A stretch of DNA of 64,000 nt from Eledone cirrhosa (GCA_964016885.1 OZ024740.1:114700001-114764000), one strand, 5' to 3'. Positions 27,813-40,691 are shown, counted from the stretch's first letter. Program-made: numbers and translations. The notes: a model not told the origin generated them from the letters alone.

Positions 27813-28020
27813 TCATTTTTTATATATATGTGTGTGTGTGTATGTGTGTGTGTGTGTGTATATATATCTTTATATATGTGTATGTGTATGTTCGTGTAGG
27901 TGTATGTGTGTGTATGACTAAATATGTATGTGTGTATGTGTGTATGTGTATATATATCTATGTGTGTGTACATGTATGTATGTGTATGTATGTGTATGTG
28001 TGTATATGTGTATGGGTATG

Positions 28021-28089
<69 letters not shown>

Positions 28090-28376
28090 GTTTCTCTATT
28101 TGTATATGTATATGTGTATAGGTATATACCTTTTTCTTTGTATGTCTGAGTTGTGTGAGAGTGTAGTGGTGTTTGTATGTATATACCGATATATAGATGC
28201 CTAAGTATTTGTCTGTATGTATGTATGTATGTCTGTATGTATTTGTGTGTATATATAGGTATGTATGTGTATATCTGTATGTATATATGTATGTAAGTGT
28301 ATGTATATGTGCGTGTACGTGTGTATATATATGTGTGTCTATATAGTATGTGTGATTATATGTGTATGTATGAGTG

Positions 28377-28419
<43 letters not shown>

Positions 28420-28581
28420 ATATATATATGTGTATTTATATGTATGTGTGTATATGTATGTATGTGTGTATGTGTATATGTTTATATATGTGTGTGTATG
28501 TATGTTCTAAGTGTGGATGTGTGTATATGTATGTATGTGTTTGTATGTGTGTATGTGTATATGTATGTGTGTATGTACGTG

Positions 28582-28651
<70 letters not shown>

Positions 28652-29280
28652 CTTGATATATTTCTTTTTTCTTTTTCTTTTTCTTTTCTTTCCTTTTTAA
28701 TGTTTATTTATTATTTATTATTTTTTATTTTCTTAGTTTATAGATACATCTATATTAAGCAGTCTGCCCAAACAGTTGAATACTGACCTCTCCCCCCCTC
28801 CCACTTAATTTCTGTATCTTGATCTAAATGTGTGTGCCAATGTTTATGTGAGTGAATTAATATCCATGTGCTTAGGATTTTATATCCACATATATATATA
28901 TGTGAGTGGGGGTGTGTGTGTGTTTGTATGTTCGTAGTTTATGTGTATGTTTATGCATATACGCGTGTGTATGTGTGATTGTACGGATATGAGTGAGTAT
29001 GAAAATATGTATATACACTTATTTCATATTTATGTGTCTATACGCATCTTATCTGTGCATTATAAACTTACAGAGACATTAACCTTGAAATTTTGTATTT
29101 GCATCCATCCTTTTCGTATGGCTATACAAGTTGTGCATACATTTTTGTAAAATATGTGTAAGGGTAGTTACATGTATATACACACACCGAACTGCATTAA
29201 ACCTTTTGTATTTTCATTGGTCAATTTTGTTCCCAAACGGACCTGAAATTTTGAATTGTTGGTATTATCAATAAATATAT

Positions 29281-29434
29281 TTCATTATTTCTGAAGACGG
29301 CGTATATATGTGTTGGTATGTATATTTAATCTTGATAGTTTGTATAATTTTGTATAATTTTGTAAATAGATCTGTTGAATATGCATGCCAATTCTAACAC
29401 ATATATATCCTAGAAACGATCGTTAAATAATGAA
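29281..29434 (+). ncRNA. Type I hammerhead with 115 nt stem II (PLE2 3' region)
   Basis: ttcattattt-CTGAAGA-[29298-29412]-GAAA-C gatc G-TT-aaataatgaa. Perfect 10 bp stem I. Stem II contains tatatatgtgtt/aacacatatata and ggtatgtatatttaa/ttgaatatgcatgcc. Confidence 0.87.
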
Positions 29435-29846
29435 CTTTTTTTGTTTAATATAAGGAACTGTTTTCATTGTTTATTCATTATTTGTTTAATATTTTATCTT
29501 GACTCTGTATACCGTTTATCTTTCACCGAAAGTGATTTTTCATTACATCTCTTCTTTCCATGATATCCGGAATACATTGAGTTCTTCATACGGATTGGAC
29601 ACTACCGTAAACTCTTGGTAGATTTATCTACATATATATATATATATATTTATAAAATAACAGATTAAAGTTTAAGCAAAGAATCGCTGCTTTCACCCTT
29701 AACGGGATCTTCTGAAACTAACAAAGTCAATCTGTGAACGCAGAAGTGAATATTTCAAAAAACTTTGCAACTGGAGGAAGACAGGAAGACGATACTTTGG
29801 TTCGTGGAAACGTTCCCTGGCAAATAACGGGAAAAACGAATATAAT

Positions 29847-29928
29847 TGTTTTTACTTTAGGCACAAGGCCAGCAATAAACCAGTGAATTACTGGTACTTT
29901 ATTTTATCGACCCCGTAAGGATGAAAGG
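29847..29928 (-). mobile_element. 5'-truncated Meta-domain-like SINE with target-site duplication
   Basis: Matches 37581-37660. Flanked by the direct repeat aaaaacgaatataat (~29832-29846 and ~29930-29944). Confidence 0.85.
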
Positions 29929-29977
29929 AAAAAACGAATATAATACATCATTATTTGGAGCGGTGAAAAACAATTAC

Positions 29978-30168
29978 ACGCAAAGACAAAACCACGTTTA
30001 TGGTATAAAAGAAGTCGTAGACTAATATTCTCTTAGGTGGTTCATAGAGACGTTCTCTGGCAATGAACGAAAAAAACGAAGATAACACGTCATATGTGGA
30101 GCGTGGCGAAAAATTTCACGCAAAGACAAAACCACGTAAATGGTATAACTGTCGTAGACTAAAATTCT
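29978..30168. repeat. Imperfect ~52 bp direct repeat (29978-30031, 30118-30168)
   Basis: acgcaaagacaaaaccacgt..atggtataa..gtcgtagactaa.attct occurs twice. Confidence 0.85.
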
Positions 30169-30796
30169 TACTAGGAAACCGAATGATACTGAGGTAATTG
30201 AAATTAAATAAATACATACACGCATCCATATACGTACACACACAAGCATACGCGAAAAACTCGCCATAGGTATACAAAAACACGCACATATAAATATGAG
30301 TGTGTGTGTGTGCGTGTATACAAATAATTAAATAAACGTATATAAATAAATAAATACGTATATAACAAGCGCACGCACATACCTACATGTAAATACACAT
30401 ATGTTCGGAGACGATCGTCAAACAAAACACGAAGTAGCCATATACACACACCCTACATACGTACGAACCCGCATACTCACACAGATGCAAAACTCACGTA
30501 TACACATAACCAAAAGCATATGTACCAGAATATATTAAAAAACTGTTGCAAAACTGTTGGTGCTGATATATATATATATATATCGTCTTCATGTCTTCCT
30601 CCGGTTGCAACGATTTTTGAAATACTAACTTCTACGTTCACCGTTAAGGGTGAAAGCAGCGATTCTTTGCTTAAACTTTAATCAATTATTTTATGAATAT
30701 TTGCTCTACGGTTCTTATATATTTGATATATATTTATCCTTATCGAGCCCTCTTTGGATTTTAGTCTTCAAATTTATTATTATTAGTATATATATA

Positions 30797-30992
30797 TAGG
30801 AAAATGTATGAACCCGACGGCAGAGCTCAAGCCGTTCCGACGGCTATTTCTGTACTAGAAATAGCCGTCGGAACGGGTTGAGCTCTGCTGGCGGGGTCAT
30901 ACATTTTCCTATAACCCACTCATCTACCCTAAATATTGAGTACTCTGGTGCGTTATGGTCCATCTGGTTCCTTACCACAACTGCTTCGTTAT
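30797..30992 (-). mobile_element. Inverted copy of the 3997-4183 hairpin element, between (TA)n tracts
   Basis: Reverse-complement match including both hairpin arms. Confidence 0.88.
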
Positions 30993-31095
30993 ATATATAT
31001 ATATATATATCAGCACCAACAGTTTTGCAAGAGATGTCAACATGAATGAACCTATTATTTTTATCTAAAGACATGTTTTCCAATTCCATCCCGCC

Positions 31096-31258
31096 CGTCC
31101 CCTTAATCTATTTTATTTCTCATTCTTTCTTCTGATAAAGGACTAGCGTCCGAAACGTTAAGACCCTATTCCTGCTATCTCAAGCGTTAACCTAAAATAT
31201 TAAAATATACCTTCCATATAATGTACCGATTGTGTTGTTATTTCTGTTTACCTTTTAC
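31096..31258 (+). mobile_element. PLE-derived short repeat with minimal HHR at 31128-31163
   Basis: CTGATAA-A-GGAC tagc GTCC-GAAACGTTA-AGA. Second copy at 62917-63069 (minus). Confidence 0.75.
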
Positions 31259-31262
31259 ATAC

Positions 31263-31369
<107 letters not shown>

Positions 31370-31595
31370 TTATATATAGTACTATTTGTGTGTGTACACG
31401 TGTGTTTTGTTTGAGTGCATATATGTAATAGTGCAATAGATAGATAGGCAGATAAATAGCTATTTTAATTTTGATTACTTGGGTATATTTTTGCTGGGAT
31501 ACCACGTACTTGAAATCATAGGTTTTGCTTCAAACTAAAACAGTCTATTATACTATAGTCGTCACATATATACATTCATACAAAACATACATACA

Positions 31596-31853
31596 TGGTG
31601 GCTGCCAACTCGTTTTCGAGTACGGCCACTACTTTATATCCATGTAGGAGAACCCCTACCGATGCGCTGAACGAATGTGACTTTTTAGTCCAGCCAGCGA
31701 CTTGAAAACTCTGGTACAAAGACTACACTTGTGACCATTATTGACACATAGTGCAGGGCCCATGGTACCATGTGATGACAAGTGCAGAGAGATCTCCAGA
31801 TATAAAGCAATGCATGTGCTGTGAAGCTTTTATAGTGAGCAAAGGCACTGCAC
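31596..31853 (-). mobile_element. 5'-truncated copy of the 18168-18776 element
   Basis: Near-identical to 18168-18426; flanked by (CATA)n. Confidence 0.9.
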
Positions 31854-31904
31854 ATACATACATACATTTATACATACATACATTTATAAACACACACACA
31901 CACA

Positions 31905-31942
<38 letters not shown>

Positions 31943-31983
31943 AATATAATGCAAAGATACATATAAATATTTATATTTACATA

Positions 31984-32066
<83 letters not shown>

Positions 32067-32873
32067 AACATATATATATATATATATATATATAGTATTT
32101 TTTATGTTTTTCCGTTAGGTATATATTTACATTTTAAGTAGTAGATTCCAAACGTGATAAATCATTCTTTTGGCGTACAATGCAATAATTCGACTTAGTT
32201 CTTACTGATGAGTTTCTGCTTTTAAATAAGCGTATGCAGTTAATTAGAAGTTGGTCTTTAAAGATGGCTATTGTTCAATGTTAATTATCAGATTCCTGAA
32301 GCATAATGCCACCCAATGTTGAAAATGACATTTTCCTTAGGTGTATAACAATTTCATATAATCTCCTTAGCTATGATCTTAGCGCCACACAAAACATCAA
32401 AGCAATTAGAAATTGTAAAATCCTCACTAACAGTAAAATAATCGTATTCCGTGCCAACAGACGTGATATCGTAATTCAATTGAAATGGCTAGCGTAGTTC
32501 AAAGAGTAAAGGATTAATGTAACTGATCTTATACTATGTATTATCCTTCAGTTTTATGGTCGATTAATGTTAAGCTGTTACTAGGCATGTAATTAATCTA
32601 TGTCTCATTCAATTGTTTCCCTCGTTAGGAATTGAATCCGTGTGGTAATGCGTTTCATTAGTAATTTTAAATTTAGATTTTATCTATCTTGCATTAATTG
32701 AAATAAGGAAAGTTCTATGGGTCGATTGAGCAAAGTTGTATTAATCTAAGTGTCAATGTTTCAAATCTCTGATCCAATGCTTTAAATGTCTCTAAAGATG
32801 GGATATTTCATCATTAATTGATCTTGTTCTTCAAATGTAGCTCTCAAATCTGTTTATATAAAAGTCTACACGT

Positions 32874-32961
<88 letters not shown>

Positions 32962-34204
32962 ATATATATATATATATAATATATATATATATAGAGAGAG
33001 AGAGAGAAAGAGAGAGGGAGAGAGCGATACATATGCGTGCGTGCGTGTACATATATATATATACGTATATATATGTATGTGTGGTTAGAATATCTCAGGA
33101 AGAATAACTGGACAGGTTTTACGTGCAAAATTCTTCCTGGCACAAACATACATGGAAGAAAATCCGGCTCAAGCAGTCAACAGCACACCACGTCAGTCAT
33201 ATATACCCAGTGGTGTGATGGTTATTGAACTCGACGGAGTTTCCATCTACGAAATACTGTTAAGACAGACGTTATGGTTACATAATTCTACTAATTACAT
33301 TATACTTATTACAATGGCATAGGGCGTAGTTATTGTGTGTTGCTTACATCAATAACTGACACCACTGTGATATCATCAGATGATAATACAATTATGTAAA
33401 GTGGTTATGTTGCTGCCTTGATATGTCGCAGGTAAAATAGTTTATCCTGCTGTAGATCCAAGGAACAAATGTTTGTTTATACATATATCTGCTATCATCA
33501 AACACAAAATATAGAAAAATACGAGAAATGTTTAAGTAACATCATTGATATAAACACAGGTGAAGAGATCTCTGTCAATTTTCGGTCTATTTCTGCAGTC
33601 ACTTTAGATTGTTTCAATGGGAACAATTTGCAAGTATTCTCTTGCTTAACTTTGCCGAAACTACGGAATATCAGAAATAACGTATATCATAAGGAATGAA
33701 AAAATAATCAATGATATGCATTTTGTTCATTGAAGTTATCTTGGATTGCCTGCATAAAATATTCAGAGCGCATATAAAGAGGTGTGTGTAGTAAATTGAC
33801 TTGTATTGTTCATACACCTTCGTTTACAAAATTGTTCTTTTCTATTCACAGTTAAAATAAGGGACTTAATGAAATCTGCATCTATATCTAGTATGTATTT
33901 ATAATGCATCCATACACACAAACACACACACATATGTATGTGTGTATATATATATATACATGCATTTGAGAGTTTTATATCGAATAATAATAATACTCGA
34001 TTCGTTTGCAAGCAAACAGCCGCACTACGCAATGTCATTTACATGACTATCGCCATCATTTTTTTCTATCGGTGACAGAGATAAACAAGCGACTATAATA
34101 TTGTTTCTGGGTGTTGTCCCTTGTCAACAGAACGCTTGAGGATATACAGTCTTCCGCCGTTCCTTCCTCTTTTCCCTCTCTTTCATATCATATTTCTCAT
34201 TTTG

Positions 34205-34232
34205 CTGATGACGGATTGTGGCCGAAATTTTA
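34205..34232 (+). ncRNA. Degenerate minimal hammerhead motif
   Basis: CTGATGA-CGG attgtgg CC-GAAA-TTT-TA. Upstream 'atttctcatt' context resembles the 31.1 kb family. Stem I is not retained. Confidence 0.4.
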
Positions 34233-34473
34233 ATTAAACCTTTCTACTAAATTAAGAGCAGAAACACGGTTCCCATTGTAATTTGTTTATTTTATTTCTA
34301 GTTATGCTGTACAGGTTATGAGATTATAAATTTTACACACTCTCTTTTGCATAAGTCAAGATAGCTTTCTGGCTATTGCCTCTAGTTTTCGGATTTCTTG
34401 TATATTCCAGTTTACAATATTTAAAACATAGCTTACTGGTGTCTTACATATTTACATCTAAATATTGAATGTC

Positions 34474-34630
34474 TTCACCAAATTTTGACTACAGAAAATA
34501 GTGTAATATAAGGGAATATGAAATCGTATAACTGGGAAAATGCACATTATCCCACGTGCAGTGTTTATGCCGTTAATGGCCTACATATGTCCTGATACTA
34601 GACTATTTTCTGTAGTCAAAATATGGTGAA
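34474..34630. repeat. Imperfect ~45 bp inverted repeat (MITE-like)
   Basis: ttcaccaaattttgactacagaaaatagt... pairs with ...actattttctgtagtcaaaatatggtgaa. Confidence 0.8.
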
Positions 34631-34743
34631 TGTTTCTAATATTATTTTCAAATTTTCAGCCGCCGTATTCCAATTCACACGTGTCTATTTACGTCTATAT
34701 CTAGTTGAGTTCGCTATTTTGAATTCTTTATTTCGTCGAGTAA

Positions 34744-34852
34744 TGGGTAGTGTTGCTAGAGCGTAGTATGCAATATTTTACGACATATGTTCAGGATCGC
34801 TATGGTAAGAGTTCAAATCCTAGTGAGATGAATTTGACTTTCCTTCTTTCAT
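34744..34852 (+). mobile_element. Degenerate tRNA-derived SINE head
   Basis: B-box-like gagttcaaatcc followed by a decayed gag..gactt..ccttc core. Confidence 0.45.
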
Positions 34853-34886
34853 CAACACTCTTCTTTCTCTCTCGACCCTCTCTCTG

Positions 34887-35011
34887 AGAAGAAGAAGAAG
34901 AAGAAGAAGAAGAAGAAGAAGAAGAAGAAGAAGAAGAAGAAGAAGAAGAAGAAGAAGAAGAAGAAGAAGAAGAAGAAGAAGAAGAAGAAGAAGAAGAAGA
35001 AGAAGAAGAAG
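34887..35011. repeat. (GAA)n microsatellite
   Basis: Read directly. Confidence 0.97.
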
Positions 35012-35317
35012 AGCAACAACAACAACAACTCAACTGGAGAATGATGTGATCTGCAAGGCAAGGGTTAAAATGCCTAAGACACGCCATATATATGTCACTC
35101 TTATGATTCTATCAAGAGTTCAAGGGCCCAGGAACGACAACTGCGGTGAATATATTGCTTTCAGATGAATTCTTTCCTTCTCAGGTATTGAATCGGTTCA
35201 CCTTTGTTGATACATTGGCAAGTTGTACTGGTAGGAAATTATTAAGTCCAAACTTCAACCATAGATATCTTCATGTATAACGATATGATACCAAGATTGG
35301 TGTGTTGTATGAACACG

Positions 35318-35384
<67 letters not shown>

Positions 35385-35509
35385 ATGTGTGTGTATGTGT
35401 GTGTATGTGTGCGTGAGTGTATGTGTATAGTTATCTATATGTGCGGGTGTGTGTGTGTGTATAGATATATTTATATACTGTACATGTGTATATATATATA
35501 TATATATAT

Positions 35510-35603
<94 letters not shown>

Positions 35604-35635
35604 TTATATATATGTGTATATATATATATATATGC

Positions 35636-35750
<115 letters not shown>

Positions 35751-36094
35751 TTTGTGATTATAATGTGTATATATAGAAGTATATCAATATTGTATTGCGT
35801 CTGTATGTGCATGTGTGAGTGATTATGTACAAAAGCCAATGTGTATGTCGTGTACACTTAATCTATTGACTTCGAAAAATTATCTGTTCATCTTTATAAC
35901 TTTCCAGCCAATCATTATACGATATAAACCAATCAGATAACAAATCTTTATCGATCTTTTTCCTTTTTACTGCGTGTCCCCTTCGCTTTAATTATTCATC
36001 AATTCATCTATTTAAGTATTTTCCACTTTTTAAATGGACAATTAAACAAAGAAAACGCCAAAGAGTACACACTCACACCACACACACACACATT

Positions 36095-36157
<63 letters not shown>

Positions 36158-36599
36158 GACTTAAGCAAATATATTGTTTGACAACAAGGGACAGGAAAAG
36201 ATTTTACGACAGAGTTCGTGTTATATATATTGTCTATGTGACTTTATAATGGTGATTTGGAAACATCTATTAAATATCAACTTGAAAAGACGAAACAGAT
36301 TACACATGACAAGGACGAGTGATGTATTGTATAAACGAAATATTTGTATTCCAATAATGATAATGAATAAATATATTAATAGATATAAGGACGGTTTAGG
36401 CAGAAGGTGAGAAATATTGTGGGTGGTGGAGTCGATTTAATTGACTTCAATTGTAGACTGGGACTATATTATTTGGAATGGTTCGACGTGAAGTTAACGT
36501 CGTTTGGGTTGGAACTGAGAATTTAATCAGAGGGAGGAATTACTGTACAGCAGTTCGTATGACGCTAAAGGTAATCTGCTAACTCCCTACCAATATAAT

Positions 36600-36888
36600 T
36601 ATTTTAGCATAGGCAAAAGGCCACGCATTTGAGGGGAAAGGGAACACTCATTTAATTATATCCATCCAGGTACTTGGCACATACTCTATTAGATCAATCC
36701 CAGAAGTATGAAAGACATAATTAACCTCAGCGTGATTTGAAATCACAAGTTATCAAATAATGGTTACTGATTTAGTCACAAGGCCAGCAAATTTGGGGTA
36801 GGTGGAAAATCGATTAAATCGACTGGTACTTTATTTTATTGACCCTGTAAAGATGAAAGGCAAAGCTAAACTCGGCGTGATTTGAAGT
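36600..36888 (-). mobile_element. Two degenerate Meta-domain-like SINE copies
   Basis: cacaaggccagcaa..tggtactttattttattgaccc..gatgaaaggcaaag..ctcggcgtgatttgaa at 36770-36888, with an older copy at 36600-36745. Confidence 0.7.
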
Positions 36889-37580
36889 GGTAAGCCAGGT
36901 AGAGTCTAATTTTGTCTGCCCAGATATTTTTACTGCCACGTCTTCACTCTTTGAAGCGTGGTGATGTTGGTGGTGGTATTGGTGTTGTTGATGTTGGTGC
37001 TGTTGGAGTTGGAGGTGGAGGAAGCAGTCTTATTGCTAGTATCGTTGTTGCGTTTTGTCATTATTATTTTCTTTTCTTGTTCCTGAGATGATCGCGGCGG
37101 TCTTGACATTTTTGGCAGCGGGACATTTGATGTATAATTATTTCATGCTGTGTTGTTGTAGTTGCTAATGCAGCTTACGCAGTTGCTGCTCCTGCTTTAT
37201 TGAGTTATACCATATTGCTGTTCCACTCTGTGAATGGCCGGCTCTACGTTTCAGCAGACGTACATTCTTCGTCCGCCATCTTTTCTTTTCAAATAAAATT
37301 TGTGGGGTATGTTTGATAAACAATTTCCAGTTTAGCCCCTAATGCCTAAAGTTAGTGCTGAACTAACCAGCTCACGAACATACTGGTTAGTTTAACTCCA
37401 AATCAGTCATAAACATTCAATAAGACTTGATGAATAATAGTGTGAAAATATAACAAATTATGGAGAAATATTCGACATTTTGTCGAGGAACGAAGTTATA
37501 TTAATGATGATGATTATGATGATAATGGTTGTGGTGGTGGTGGTGATGACAATAATAATAATAATAATAATAATAATAAT

Positions 37581-37691
37581 TGTTTCTACTTTAGGCACAA
37601 GGCCAGCAATTACCAGTGCATTACTGGTACTTTATTTTATCGACCCCGTAAGGATGAAAGGCAAAGTCAACCTCGGCGGGATTTGAACTCA

Positions 37692-37692
<1 letters not shown>
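37581..37692 (-). mobile_element. tRNA-derived SINE with Meta-like core, inserted in (TAA)n
   Basis: Minus strand: gagttcaaatccc (B box)-gccgaggttgactttgcctttcatccttacggggtcgataaaataaagtaccagt...(ATT)n. Confidence 0.8.
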
Positions 37693-37767
<75 letters not shown>

Positions 37768-37768
<1 letters not shown>

Positions 37769-40420
37769 TATAAGGACAATAATATGTTCAAAAACAACCA
37801 AAGAAACTTCTACAGAAAAATTGGTAAGTCAACAATAACTGCTAAATCAATACCACCCAAGGAGGAAGTGCAAGAATTCTGGGAAAAGATCTGCGTCGAA
37901 GAAAAAGTTCATAACATACATGCCCCATGGATAGACAGACAAATGAAAGATACAGCTCACCTTGAGGAACAAATATGGGAAAACATAACAGTTGAATAGT
38001 TGCGCTTGGCTCTAAGAAAAACCAGCAAATGGAAATCCCCAGGAAAAGACAAAATACAAAACTTTTGGATAAATGCCTTCACAGAGTCTCATGAGCTGTT
38101 AGCCCAACTTTACAATGAAATAGTTAAGGAGCCAGAAAAGATACCATCATGGCTAGTTAACGGCATTACATTCCTGCTTCCGAAGAATGATGAGACAAAC
38201 AATCCCAAAAATTACAGACCGATAACTTGCTTGACCACAATGTATACAATTTTAACATCAGTCCTAACTGAATACATATATGACCACCTGATAACAAATG
38301 ACCTATTTCCCATTGAGCAGAAAGGGTGTAAACGAGGCTCATATGGCTGTAAGGATCAGCTTCTGGTTAACAAAATGATACTGGAAGATTGTCATAATAG
38401 ACACAAAAATCTATCGATTGCTTGGATAGATTATAAAAAAGCATTCGATAGTTTGCCACACAGTTGGATTGAAAAATGTTTAGAGATTTTCAAAATATCC
38501 CCCGTTGTCAGGAGGTTTTTGTCATTCAGTATGAAGACATGGAAAACGACACTCCTTTTGAATAGTGAAACAAAATCACTGGAAGCTGGAGAAGTTAATA
38601 TTAATTGTAGAATTTTTCAGGGTGACTCTTTATCACCGCTTTTATTCTGCATCGCACTTATACCATTAAGTAAAATGCTCAATGAAACAAAACATGGATA
38701 TAAAGTCTATGACAAAACCATTAATCACCTGTTCTACATGGATGACCTGAAACTATTTGCAAAAAATGATGAACAATTGCAAGGGCTATTATCCACTGTG
38801 GGGCAGTTCAGTGATGACATTAACATGGAGTTTGGACTAGATAAATGCGCCAAAGCAACGTTCACCAGAGGAAAGCTGCTGAAGAGTTCAAACATTAATC
38901 TTGATCGGGGGAACGTGATAAGAGAACTTGATCAAGAAAAAACTTACAAATATCTACGTGTTTGTGAAGGAGACGGAATCAAGCACTCGACAATGAGGGA
39001 AAGGATAAGGAAGGAATGTTACCGGAGAGTAAGAGCAATCTTAAGAACGGAATTGAATGCAAGGAATAGGATCGATGCCATAAACACGCTTGCCATACCA
39101 GTAGTAACCTACAGTTACAATGTCATCAACTGGTCAAGCACAGAGATCCGTAGGCTCGATACAAAAATTCGAAAATTCTTAACCATGCACAGAATGCATC
39201 ACCTTAAGGTAGATATAGATAGAATATATCTCCCTAGGAAAGAAGGAGGACGTGGGTTAATGCAGTTAGACATTGCGTTGAAAACTGCAACAATTGGATT
39301 ATCTACATATCTAAGGGAATCACATGATTGGATGATCAAACTCGTTTTGAAACACGAAAGCATCAAAAGATCATATTCCATTACAAAAGATGCACAAATA
39401 TACAGTAATGGACTACAAATTTCAGAAGTCCCATTTACTGCTGAAATGGAAAACACAGAAAAAGCAAAGCAGGTAAAAGTAACTGCAAAGAAAGAACTGC
39501 TGCAGAAACTGGCTAAGAAATGGCAAGAAAAGCCTCTGTATGGAAAATACCCAGAGCGAGCTAACAATCCTGATGTTGACAAAACTTTAACCCATCAGTG
39601 GTTGGCATCCTCTGGACTGAAATCGGAGACTGAAGGACTGATTATATCGGCACAAGATCAGTGTCTGCCAACAAAAAATTACCAAGCCAACATAATAAAA
39701 AATGGATGCAGCCCATTATGCCGTGTATGCAAAAAACAACCAGAGACCATTTCAATGTGCAGTCCTATAGCTCCAACCGAATACCTAAACAGGCATGACA
39801 GAGCTGCACAATACATACATTGGATAATGTGTAAGCATTTTGACCTGCCCCATCAAAAGAATTGGTGGGAGCATCAACCACCACCCATACTTGAAAAAGA
39901 TCACATCTCAATCTTGTGGAATTTTAGCATCCAAACAAACCGAAAAATAGATGCAAATAGACCTGATATAATATTGAAGGACTTTAAAAAGAGGGTATGC
40001 CTGCTAATTGATATGTCTGTTCCAATAGACAAGAATGTATCTATAAAAACATTTGAAAAATTGAGCAACTATAAGGACCTGGAGATAGAAATTGGAAAAA
40101 TGTGGAAATTGAGAAGAACTAAAACAATACCAGTGGTTGTAGGTGCTCTGGGAATGATACCTAAGGGGTCTAATGATTACTTATCGCAAATCCCAGGAAA
40201 CCCGCGTATAGGAGAAATAGAAAAGATAGTACAAATGGGAACTGCCCATATACTAAGGAAGATTCTATCAATATAAGTACATCACAAGTCTAAACACTAA
40301 AGATGCATGTGTGAGTATGTATGTTCTTTCTTGAACGTGGCGGGCCTTGTTCTCTCTTGAGGTGACTGGTTGTGACTTGGTGATAACTCGTATGAACATA
40401 AAGCAAGATAAATGCAACTG
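37768..40420 (+). mobile_element. R4/Dong-like non-LTR retrotransposon, family A, 5'-truncated, with (TAA)n tail
   Basis: RT, zinc knuckle and RLE in one ORF; flanked by TAA/TTA repeats, the known Dong target. Confidence 0.92.
37784..40276 (+). pseudogene. RT - zinc knuckle - restriction-like endonuclease ORF (family A)
   Basis: [69 protein letters not shown]. In-frame TAG at 37997-37999. Confidence 0.93.
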
Positions 40421-40691
40421 TAATAATAATAATAATAATAATAATAATGTTTTCTTTATTAACCACAAGGGTTTACATAAAGTAGATATTATGGACAGTA
40501 CAGGACAATACAGGACGGTACAAATGGGCATTTCTGCGTGTAAAAAGCAGAGGATGAAATAAAATAACAAAGAAAAAATTCCCCAATAGGGGGGAGACTT
40601 CCGAGGGACATTTGTGGAGAAAGCCTATTAAAAGACCACAGTGACCCTAACCACCAGGGCAAGTGCCCTCTCCCAGTTTTCCACCCTTAAT

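Larger units (their letters stand above)
20906..29631 (+). mobile_element. Penelope-like retroelement (PLE2): truncated ORF, ~4.2 kb 3' region and ~3.85 kb inverted pseudo-LTR
   Basis: 20906-24753 is the reverse complement of 25587-29412. The spacer holds a GIY-YIG frame. HHR and terminal motif are shared with PLE1. Confidence 0.92.

Noticed and set aside
32200-32260. CTGATGAG motif as a hammerhead
   Set aside because: No matching GAAA box or stem I.
33469-33699. 76 aa non-repetitive ORF as a host exon
   Set aside because: No recognisable motif; the length is expected by chance.
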